Source of the DNA: a virus
Lineage: Duplodnaviria > Caudoviricetes
Length of the DNA stretch: 47,883 nucleotides
IMG/VR virus record: IMGVR_UViG_3300002092_000065
Span: 1 to 47,883 of that record
Direction: 5' to 3' (one strand)
The notes under the pieces are model-generated. The model saw only the letters and a program-made list of their open reading frames with translations. It was not told the DNA's origin and did not search any database. A program made the translations under genes and the position numbers. How positions within the stretch are numbered: position 1 is the stretch's first letter; every line of letters begins with the position of its first letter. This document shows positions 1 to 7,493 of this stretch, piece after piece.

Positions 1-25
1 TTTTTTTTTTTTTTTTTTTTTTTTT
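1..25. repeat. poly-T homopolymer at window edge
   Basis: 25 consecutive T; probable assembly break or genome end. Confidence 0.9.
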
Positions 26-37
26 AATAAAAAAGAG

Positions 38-303
38 AAAAGAAGTGTGACAAGTGGTACAAAGTAATGGAATCAATGGGTTACAACTTGACAAAATCGA
101 GCTGTAGCCCGCATTATACCTCTGTAACTTATTGATTGCATTGGATTGTCACACTTCTTTTTTGGAAGTGTGACAATAATTTATCAAAGGGGTACTCAAA
201 CTCAATAAATCATTGATTATAAACAATAAGTACCAAAACAAAGGGGTACAAACTGATATAGATCAAGGACTTACAGATCAATAATGCGGCTTCCAGCTCG
301 ATT
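38..303. repeat. non-coding nested inverted/direct repeat region (candidate replication origin or packaging site)
   Basis: AAAAGAAGTGTGACAA 38-53 is the exact reverse complement of 146-161, with a further GAAGTGTGACAA at 165-176; 95-117 vs 281-303 inverted (20/23); 71-85 vs 123-137 inverted (13/15); function inferred. Confidence 0.6.
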
Positions 304-335
304 GGGTAATTTATTTTTGAAATTGTGCATTAGTA
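304..335 (+). promoter_or_regulatory. phage-specific promoter motif copy (upstream of tRNA-Thr)
   Basis: GGGTA at 304 and TGCATTAGTA 326-335; tRNA starts 8 nt downstream. Confidence 0.6.
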
Positions 336-343
336 TTATACAA

Positions 344-418
344 GCCCTAAAAACATAGACAGCGATGTACCCGACTTGTAATCGGGAAAGTTCGGCGCAA
401 ATCCGGATTGGGGCACCA
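344..418 (+). tRNA. tRNA-Thr(UGU), non-canonical D/T loops
   Basis: Acceptor GCCCTAA/TTGGGGC, D stem ACAT/ATGT, anticodon arm CCCGA-CTTGTAA-TCGGG, T arm TTCGG-CGCAAAT-CCGGA, encoded ACCA end. Confidence 0.85.
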
Positions 419-511
419 AAGAATCATGATTTTACTTAGCCAGTATGTCGACATAGTGTGAATTAGTATGTATATACACAATCATGTGTATTACTAACTA
501 GGGGATCTATT

Positions 512-583
512 ATGTGGACTAAACCAGCAGCTACAGAAATGCGTTTTGGATTTGAAGTAACAATGTACGTAATGAACAAGTAG
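512..583 (+). CDS. pqqA: PQQ precursor peptide PqqA (23 aa, [23 protein letters not shown])
   Basis: Manual translation; W-x-K-P start, R-x-G-F-E-V-T-M-Y with the diagnostic E-x3-Y pair; GGGG RBS at 501-504. Confidence 0.95.
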   Translation: MWTKPAATEMRFGFEVTMYVMNK

Positions 584-609
584 TTTAAAAAAGAGCGTTA
601 AAGTTAACT

Positions 610-643
610 CATAGTTTACATTTGAGCCAAAATGTAAACTATG
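610..643. promoter_or_regulatory. 14-bp perfect inverted repeat (hairpin/operator/terminator candidate) downstream of pqqA
   Basis: CATAGTTTACATTT 610-623 / AAATGTAAACTATG 630-643; no U-tract. Confidence 0.45.
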
Positions 644-709
644 GGCAACAGTTTGATTATAATAAATCGCGTTTTATTAAAGACAAAGTATTTTGTCTGG
701 AATATATTA

Positions 710-1705
710 ATGGCAATCACAACAAACCAAAGCGTATTGACGCTTGACTATTGGAAGAGGGCCGAACACCTAGAAGTAGGTGACTGGGTCTTTGACCAGA
801 ATGGCAAACCAGTCCAAGTAAAACTGGTACACAAGTTCTTTTCTGAAGAGTGTTATGAAGTCACGTTCGATGACTACCTAACAATCAAGGGCGACGCCAA
901 CATGGCGTTCCATGCAGAGAACGAGAAGTACCGTAAGCAATTGCTTAAGTACAAGCAGGTAAAGAGCCAATTTAAAAGACCACTGAAGTTCTTATCGGTG
1001 TCAAATATATTAGACAAAGGCGTCATTGGTAGACGTGGACGCAAAGAGTTCTCAATCCCGACCACCAAGCCGCTACAGTTTCCGGCACAGACCCCTGGCA
1101 TACCGCCGTTTGTGTTTGGATTCTGGTTTTTTAATAGGAAGGCGCACAAGAAGTTCTCTATCCATGAAACAAATAAAGATTTTGTAATAGAGAAGTTCAA
1201 GGGTGCCGGGTATCACTTGGAATTTTCTACCTATGTGAGGGGCGGGTATCATAAATTTTTTGAAAAACCTAACATCGAGTTTCAGTTGGCACCAAATATT
1301 CCAACAAAAATCCCGACCAACTATCTTCTCGCCTCTGAGTCTGAGCGCATTGCACTATTATCTGGAATTGTCAACGCAAAACCTAGACAATATAACAAAA
1401 AAACGGACTGGTTTAGGATAACGACCGGAGATTTTCCAACAATTCAGCAAATTCAAGGACTTGCTGAGTCACTTGGATTAAGAACCAAAGTGTTTCATAA
1501 CGAAATACTAAGCAACTACTCGATTCAGTTCAAGTCTAAGCACAAATTAGTAGCAAATCAAGTAAGTCCCCGGTTAAAAGTGCATTATGCTCGCCGGTAT
1601 ATTAAAGAAATAGTAAAAATTCAGCCCCAGATGGTAATACACATTGAGACAACGGGCAAAGACAACTCAATATTAGTCGGAGAAGGATTTATTTCAGTTT
1701 GTTAG
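710..1705 (+). CDS. free-standing intein-like protein (Hint + degenerate LAGLIDADG), no exteins
   Basis: Likely start MAITTNQSVLTLDYW (block A-like), LEVGDWVFDQNGKPVQV, CYEVTFDD (block B region), IPTNYLLASESERIALLSGI (LAGLIDADG region), RRYIKEI..IHIET and ILVGEGFISVC-stop (blocks F/G). Confidence 0.8.
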   Translation: MAITTNQSVLTLDYWKRAEHLEVGDWVFDQNGKPVQVKLVHKFFSEECYEVTFDDYLTIKGDANMAFHAENEKYRKQLLKYKQVKSQFKRPLKFLSVSNILDKGVIGRRGRKEFSIPTTKPLQFPAQTPGIPPFVFGFWFFNRKAHKKFSIHETNKDFVIEKFKGAGYHLEFSTYVRGGYHKFFEKPNIEFQLAPNIPTKIPTNYLLASESERIALLSGIVNAKPRQYNKKTDWFRITTGDFPTIQQIQGLAESLGLRTKVFHNEILSNYSIQFKSKHKLVANQVSPRLKVHYARRYIKEIVKIQPQMVIHIETTGKDNSILVGEGFISVC

Positions 1706-1735
1706 GGCTAAATCGTTAAAATATTTGCATTAGTA
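1705..1735 (+). promoter_or_regulatory. phage-specific promoter motif copy
   Basis: GGGCT 1705 + N16 + TGCATTAGTA 1726-1735. Confidence 0.75.
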
Positions 1736-1739
1736 TATG

Positions 1740-1820
1740 TGAGGGGACAGAGCGTGCACAACTTTGTCTTTGCCAGTACAAAGACTCACCCTCAAATATC
1801 TAAACTTACTGGAGTATCAA
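1740..1820 (+). ncRNA. structured 5' leader (three stems + loop/SD pseudoknot) of HNH gene, copy 1
   Basis: P1 TGAGGG/CCCTCA, P2 GACAGAG/CTTTGTC, P3 GTCTTTG/CAAAGAC, loop CCAGTA complementary to TACTGG 1807-1812 overlapping SD GGAG. Confidence 0.7.
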
Positions 1821-2369
1821 ATGAAACGAATAGACCCCCAAACTGGTAAACCATTTATGTACGGAGATATCCGTGAAGATGGATATATTTTTTGCCAATA
1901 TAGACAATCCAAAATAAAAAAAGACGGGTATTTTAGAGAAGAATGGAAAAGTCCAACTTCTTGGGATGCTATGCAATCTAAAGGTCTTCAAAAAGTTTTA
2001 AAATATAATAAAACTGCACTTCCAGAATACGTAAGAACTAAACGCGGACATCTATCATGTTTATTACGTGCTGCAAGAACTCGAGCTAAAAAACAAAATA
2101 TTCCGGTTGATATTGATTTAGATTATTTAGAATCTATTGCACCAAATCAATGCCCCATTTTTAAAATTGAATTTAGTTGGGGCCAAGGCACTCAAAAAGA
2201 ATATCAACAAGGACCATCACTAGATAAAATAATCCCCGAACTCGGATATGTAAAAGGCAATGTTCAAATTATAAGCTACAAAGCTAATACAATGAAATCG
2301 AACGCTACTCCAGAACAACTGTTACAGTTTTCAAAATGGATACAAGAAACTTATGGCACTAAACCCTAA
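1821..2369 (+). CDS. HNH-like homing endonuclease with N-terminal GDxREDG domain
   Basis: Start moved to ATG 1821 after GGAG; CPIF..PSLDKIIPELGYVKGNVQIISYKANTMKS beta-beta-alpha-Me-like motif. Confidence 0.75.
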   Translation: MKRIDPQTGKPFMYGDIREDGYIFCQYRQSKIKKDGYFREEWKSPTSWDAMQSKGLQKVLKYNKTALPEYVRTKRGHLSCLLRAARTRAKKQNIPVDIDLDYLESIAPNQCPIFKIEFSWGQGTQKEYQQGPSLDKIIPELGYVKGNVQIISYKANTMKSNATPEQLLQFSKWIQETYGTKP

Positions 2370-3795
2370 ACAAGAACTTCTGTTAAAGAAGTTTGCAGAT
2401 TCACACAAACATTGGCCAAAACCGGAACTTGATGCCGCTATTTGGCAAATCAAATGGAACTTACAAGCCTTGCCCCACCAAAGGGAGCCAGAAGACAATG
2501 AGTACGATACATTCTTGCTTCTTGCAGGGAGAGGTAGTGGCAAAACCCATGCTGCATCGAATTGGGTTGGTATTCGGGCGTGGAAATATCCAGAAACGCG
2601 CTGGTTAGTATCAGCACCAACGGCTTCGGACGTACGCGCAACGTGTTTTGAAGGGGACTCGGGACTTCTTAACATTATACCTCAATCGTTAATTGAGAGC
2701 TACAACAAATCCCTTTTTGAATTAACTTTAAAAAACGGATCAATGATTCGCGGTATTCCGGCGTCCGAACCCGAGCGATTTCGCGGCTCCCAATGGCATG
2801 GGTGTTGGCTTGACGAATTAGCGGCGATGGATTACATTGATGACGCGTATGATCAAATACAATTCACATTGCGTTTGCGCCATCCTGAAATTCCTCGAGT
2901 CCAGTCAATTATCACAACAACACCAAAACCAAAAGAACTGATTGTTGATTTAAGTGAAGGTACCGTTGGCGGCGATGTGTACGTAGCAAATGCATCATCA
3001 TACGACAACAAAGCAAATCTATCAGCCACTTTCTTCAAACAGCTTGAGTCCTACGATGGCACCGACCTAGGTCGCCAAGAGATTTACGGTGAGATCTTGG
3101 ACCCAGAACAAACTGGAATTATCAAGCGCAGCCAGTTCCGCATGTGGCCAGCCAAGAAACCAACACCAGTCCTTGAGTACGTAATTGCCTCATACGACCC
3201 AGCCACTTCAGAAAAGACAATGAACGACCCGACAGCGTGCACCATTTGGGGCATCTTTGAACAAGAAGACGCTGGTACGGGGGTCATTTTACTAGACGCA
3301 TGGGATGCACACTTAGCTTACCCAGAACTGCGCCGCAAAGTAATCGACGACTTTAAAGAGGTAGTATATGGCGCAGACAACGACTTTGGCAAAGGGCGAA
3401 AAGCTGACCTAGTACTTATGGAAGACAAGTCAGCGGGTATCTCTTTAATCCAAGAGCTGCAAGGTTCCGGCATTGAGGTACGTGGATACAACCCTGGCCG
3501 GGCAGACAAGGTACAACGTCTCAACATTGTTGCGCCGCTTGTTGCTAAGGGAAAGGTCTGGATCCCCGAAGACGCTGACCGTAAAGGCGAATTTGCGGAC
3601 TGGGCAAAACGTTTCTTGCGTCAAGTATGTTCATTCCCAGAGGCTGGAGGAAATGATGATTATGTTGATAGCCTTAGCCAAGCCCTCAGAGTACTTCGAG
3701 ATTCTGGATGGATTCAATTAGATTACCTTCCTGTTAGAGATTATTCATACGCAGATGATAATAAGAAAAGATTCGAAAATCCATATGCAATGTAA
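2353..3795 (+). CDS. terL: terminase large subunit
   Basis: Walker A AGRGSGKT, Walker B WLDE, TTTPK coupling motif, RNase H-like YDPA and DDYVDS. Confidence 0.95.
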   Translation: MALNPKQELLLKKFADSHKHWPKPELDAAIWQIKWNLQALPHQREPEDNEYDTFLLLAGRGSGKTHAASNWVGIRAWKYPETRWLVSAPTASDVRATCFEGDSGLLNIIPQSLIESYNKSLFELTLKNGSMIRGIPASEPERFRGSQWHGCWLDELAAMDYIDDAYDQIQFTLRLRHPEIPRVQSIITTTPKPKELIVDLSEGTVGGDVYVANASSYDNKANLSATFFKQLESYDGTDLGRQEIYGEILDPEQTGIIKRSQFRMWPAKKPTPVLEYVIASYDPATSEKTMNDPTACTIWGIFEQEDAGTGVILLDAWDAHLAYPELRRKVIDDFKEVVYGADNDFGKGRKADLVLMEDKSAGISLIQELQGSGIEVRGYNPGRADKVQRLNIVAPLVAKGKVWIPEDADRKGEFADWAKRFLRQVCSFPEAGGNDDYVDSLSQALRVLRDSGWIQLDYLPVRDYSYADDNKKRFENPYAM

Positions 3796-3826
3796 GGGCG
3801 GAATTTAAAACTACTTTGCATTAGTA
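3796..3826 (+). promoter_or_regulatory. phage-specific promoter motif copy
   Basis: GGGCG 3796 + N16 + TGCATTAGTA 3817-3826. Confidence 0.75.
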
Positions 3827-3830
3827 TGCA

Positions 3831-3911
3831 TAGGAGTGAAAGGGCCCGCGAACCCAGTTTTTGCCTATTCAAAAACTAGCTCCTACTAATTAAACTAATA
3901 GGAGTTACAAA
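3831..3911 (+). ncRNA. structured 5' leader (three stems + loop/SD pseudoknot) of HNH gene, copy 2
   Basis: P1 TAGGAG/CTCCTA, P2 GGG/CCC, P3 AGTTTTTG/CAAAAACT, loop CCTATT complementary to AATAGG 3897-3902 overlapping SD GGAG. Confidence 0.7.
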
Positions 3912-4391
3912 ATGGAACGTTTTAAACGTGGAGATATCCGCGAAGATGGATCGGTATTTATTCGGTACAAACGAGGAAAAGAATACTGGGCAGATAATAT
4001 TACATTAAATAGATTAAGAGATTTAGATTTAGCTGCAAATCAAAAACAAAGTATTGATAAAATTGGGCATGCTAGAAAAATAATAAGCGGAAGAAAAAGA
4101 TTTGCTAAATTAGAAAATATAGAATTTTCTATATCAACAGAAGAGTTAATAAAAAATTTGCCAGATATCTGTCCTGTTTTAGGAATTAAATTAAGTTGGG
4201 GTCAAAGAAAAGGGCAATCCGGAAACAAAGATACATCTCCATCATTAGATAAGTTTAATTCTGATCTGGGATATGTTTCAGGAAATGTATTTTGGATATC
4301 TCAATTAGCAAATAGAATTAAAAGTAATTTTACAACAACTCAAATTAACGCTGTCGCAAATTGGATGGCAAAAATAGAGAACAATCAATAA
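3912..4391 (+). CDS. HNH-like homing endonuclease with N-terminal GDxREDG domain
   Basis: FKRGDIREDG; CPVLG..SPSLDKFNSDLGYVSGNVFWISQLANRIKS; paralog of 1821-2369. Confidence 0.75.
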   Translation: MERFKRGDIREDGSVFIRYKRGKEYWADNITLNRLRDLDLAANQKQSIDKIGHARKIISGRKRFAKLENIEFSISTEELIKNLPDICPVLGIKLSWGQRKGQSGNKDTSPSLDKFNSDLGYVSGNVFWISQLANRIKSNFTTTQINAVANWMAKIENNQ

Positions 4392-4392
4392 C

Positions 4393-7239
4393 ATGGCTCA
4401 ACCAAAACTACCAATCCAAGCTGGCGGTAACTTGCAAGCACTTGATCAACGCGAAGAAGACGTTGAATTAGCGACTGAGCAAGATGCAGAGACAGAACAC
4501 CTTGCTGAAGAGTTGGGATTGGATGATAACGAAGCCGAACAAGAAGTCATTGAGTTAGACGATGGCTCTGTTATTATTAATTTACAAGAAACCAAGGGTC
4601 CACAAAAAGATCCTGAGTTCTATGAAAACTTAGCAGAAGTCTTGGATGAAGACGTATTGATGTCGCTCGCTGGTGAATACCTGGACTACATCGATGTTGA
4701 CCGTGAGGCTCGCAGCCAACGTGACAAGCAGTACGAAGAGGGTTTACGCCGCACAGGTTTGGGAAAGGACGCGCCAGGCGGAGCAACGTTTGACGGCGCC
4801 TCAAAAGTCGTCCATCCAGTCATGGCAGAGTCATGTGTTGACTTTGCTGCCTCGTCAGCCCGTGAGTTACTCCCACCCGATGGTATTGTAAAATCAAGCA
4901 TCAAGGGTGAAGCTGACGTAGAAAAAGAAAAAACAGCCGACCGCAAAGTTAATTTCCTTAACTGGCAGTTAACAGAGCAAGTGCCAGAGTACCGCGACGA
5001 GATGGAACAGCTCCTCACTCAGTTGCCTCTTGGCGGTTCGCAATTCTTAAAATGGCGCTATGACTTAGAACAAAAGCGTCCAACATGTGAGTGGGTACCG
5101 ATTGACAACATCTTGTTGCCATACTCATCAACAAACTTCTACACATCACCTCGTGTAACAGAACAGCAAGATATCACTGGAGACATCTACCTCCAACGTA
5201 TTGAACAAGGCATCTACCGAGATATTCACAACTCATATTCATCAAACGCACCGCTTGATGAGATGACGCAATCTGAAAAAGCTAACAACAAGATTGAAGG
5301 CAAAGATATTCCTTCTGAGAATATCGACGAATTGCGCCGCGTCTACGAGATTACTTGTTTCCTACGTTTGGAAGATGATTCAGAAACAGAAGGTCGCCGC
5401 GCACCGTACATCTTGACTATTGATGAATCAAGTGGCGAAGTGTTATCACTTTACCGTAACTGGGAAGCAAACGATGACAAACTTACCAAACTCGATTGGT
5501 ACGTTGAATTCAAATTTATTCCTTGGAGGGGTGCTTATGCTATCGGTCTTCCTCATCTTATTGGTGGCCTTTCTGCCGCTCTTACTGGAGCTTTGCGTGC
5601 TCTTATGGACGCAGCCCACATTAGTAACAGTCAAACAATGCTTAAGCTCAAAGGTGGACGCATTGGAGGCCAAAGTGATCGAATTGAGCCGACGCAGGTA
5701 ATGGAAATTGAAGGCGCCCCCGGCGTCGATGATGTGCGTAAGATTGCAATGCCTATGCCATTCAATCCACCATCATCAGTATTATTCAACTTGCTAGGCT
5801 GGTTAACAGATGCAGCTAAAGGCGTAGTAACAACAGCTGAGGAGAAGATTGGTGAAGCAAACAGCAATATGCCTGTGGGCACGACTCAAGCGCTTATCGA
5901 ACAAGGCGCCAAAGTATTCTCAGCCATTCACGCACGCTTGCACAGATCACAAGCTAAGTCGCTTGCTATTATCTCTCGCATTAATCATTGGTATCTCAGT
6001 GAGATGGATAACCAATCTGGCGAAGAGATTGAAGTTAGAGATTTCGCTTATAATAATGACGTTCGTCCAGTTTCTGATCCTAATATATTTTCTGAAACAC
6101 AACGTCTAGCTCAAAACCAAGCTATTTTACAAATGGCGTCAAGTGCGCCTCCAGGTATGTTTGACGTTCGTGCAATGTACCGCCGAGTATTAAATCAACT
6201 CAAAGTACCTAATATTGACGAAATCTTGCCAAATCCGCAAGGATCTGCAGAATCTAATCCAGCGTTAGAAAACGTAGCAATGACAATGGGTCGTCCGGCA
6301 GCGGCATACCCAGACCAAGACCACATTGCACACATCCAAACACACTTGGCTTACGCAAACAATCCAGCATACGGTGGCAGCCCACTAGCAGGGCCAACGT
6401 TTAGCCCGCTTGTACTAGATCACATCAAACAGCATTTAACAATGCACTATTTGCAATCTATGCGTGCGTATGTAAGCCATGCAGCTGGAGGCAAAGATGC
6501 ATTCAAGCTTAATGAAGAGCAGCCAATTGATCAAGATGCACAAAAAGCAATTGCGTTAGCTGGTCAAATGGTAGACATGGACTCACAAAAAATCTTGGCT
6601 CCATACATGCAGCAAATCAATGCGTTGGCACAAAAAGTTGCACAAATGCATCAGCAAGCGCAACAAGCCGCAATGTCTTCTGACCCAACAGCTAACGTCA
6701 TCATGCAAACACAAATGGCTGAGACAAAACGTAAAGCTGAAGAATCACAAGCTAAGATGCAACAAGAAAATGCACAAGACCAACAAGAGTATCAACTCAA
6801 AGTGGCACAACTTGAGCAAAAAATGCAAGAGTTGCAAGCTAAATATGACACGCAGACTAAGATTGATGCTAATAAGAACGCGACTCAAATCGCTATGGCC
6901 GACCTCAATAACTCATCTCGTGAGCGTATTGCAGAGATTTCAGCCCAAGCCGGCTTAACGTCTGACCAATTGATGATGCAGCATGAGCAAGACCAAACTG
7001 CGTTGATGGCATCACAAGAAGCACAAGCTGACCTACGTCAACATGGCTTAGAAGTGCAACAAATGGCTTTTGATCAAGAAGCTCAACAAGCACAACAGAT
7101 GGCACAACACCAACAAGAAGCTGAGCAGCAAGCACGTCAACAGCAAGCAGATATGATGGGGCAACAGCAAGATCAAGCACATCAACAACAGCAACAAGTT
7201 CAACAAGCAGCAATGCAACAACCACCAACAGAGGAATAA
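4393..7239 (+). CDS. portal protein (P22-like, long Q-rich coiled-coil C-terminus)
   Basis: 948 aa after terL; HPVMAESCVDF..ELLPPDG motif of podovirus-type portals. Confidence 0.85.
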   Translation: MAQPKLPIQAGGNLQALDQREEDVELATEQDAETEHLAEELGLDDNEAEQEVIELDDGSVIINLQETKGPQKDPEFYENLAEVLDEDVLMSLAGEYLDYIDVDREARSQRDKQYEEGLRRTGLGKDAPGGATFDGASKVVHPVMAESCVDFAASSARELLPPDGIVKSSIKGEADVEKEKTADRKVNFLNWQLTEQVPEYRDEMEQLLTQLPLGGSQFLKWRYDLEQKRPTCEWVPIDNILLPYSSTNFYTSPRVTEQQDITGDIYLQRIEQGIYRDIHNSYSSNAPLDEMTQSEKANNKIEGKDIPSENIDELRRVYEITCFLRLEDDSETEGRRAPYILTIDESSGEVLSLYRNWEANDDKLTKLDWYVEFKFIPWRGAYAIGLPHLIGGLSAALTGALRALMDAAHISNSQTMLKLKGGRIGGQSDRIEPTQVMEIEGAPGVDDVRKIAMPMPFNPPSSVLFNLLGWLTDAAKGVVTTAEEKIGEANSNMPVGTTQALIEQGAKVFSAIHARLHRSQAKSLAIISRINHWYLSEMDNQSGEEIEVRDFAYNNDVRPVSDPNIFSETQRLAQNQAILQMASSAPPGMFDVRAMYRRVLNQLKVPNIDEILPNPQGSAESNPALENVAMTMGRPAAAYPDQDHIAHIQTHLAYANNPAYGGSPLAGPTFSPLVLDHIKQHLTMHYLQSMRAYVSHAAGGKDAFKLNEEQPIDQDAQKAIALAGQMVDMDSQKILAPYMQQINALAQKVAQMHQQAQQAAMSSDPTANVIMQTQMAETKRKAEESQAKMQQENAQDQQEYQLKVAQLEQKMQELQAKYDTQTKIDANKNATQIAMADLNNSSRERIAEISAQAGLTSDQLMMQHEQDQTALMASQEAQADLRQHGLEVQQMAFDQEAQQAQQMAQHQQEAEQQARQQQADMMGQQQDQAHQQQQQVQQAAMQQPPTEE

Positions 7240-7241
7240 TT

Positions 7242-7454
7242 ATGGCAGACCAACTAGGTTTTAGACAAACATACAAGCAAAAGGGCACCCAATCAACTGG
7301 TGGTGGTCCAGATGCTAAAGTAGATGAAGGTACTTCAGGCTCACATCGTGATCTTAACTGGAAAAAAGGCGCAGCGCAAGCTAAGATGGCTAAAGGCTCT
7401 AAAGTAGGTCCAGATAAGAACTTAAATGAAATTGGCGGCGGAAATTTCTATTAA
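7242..7454 (+). CDS. small hypothetical virion-region protein
   Basis: GAGG RBS, 70 aa. Confidence 0.7.
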   Translation: MADQLGFRQTYKQKGTQSTGGGPDAKVDEGTSGSHRDLNWKKGAAQAKMAKGSKVGPDKNLNEIGGGNFY

Positions 7455-7457
7455 TTA

Positions 7458-7488
7458 GGGCGGATATCCATACGTGTATGTATTAGTA
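7458..7488 (+). promoter_or_regulatory. phage-specific promoter motif copy (leaderless transcript)
   Basis: GGGCG 7458 + N16 + TGTATTAGTA 7479-7488; ATG 5 nt downstream, no SD. Confidence 0.7.
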
Positions 7489-7493
7489 CAAGT

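Noticed and set aside
641-709. Longer N-termini given by the ORF track (641, 1764, 20956, 22452, 37693, 43574, 45704)
   Set aside because: Downstream starts fit RBS, promoter position and domain boundaries better; the extensions overlap regulatory structures.
1740-2369. Group I intron or known self-cleaving ribozyme around the HNH genes
   Set aside because: Flanking genes are intact, there is no room for an intron core, and no hammerhead (CUGANGA/GAAA) or HDV-like core was visible in the leaders.
710-3795. Intein-like ORF as a cis or split intein of terminase
   Set aside because: terL is complete and uninterrupted; the ORF has no extein and lacks terminal His-Asn.
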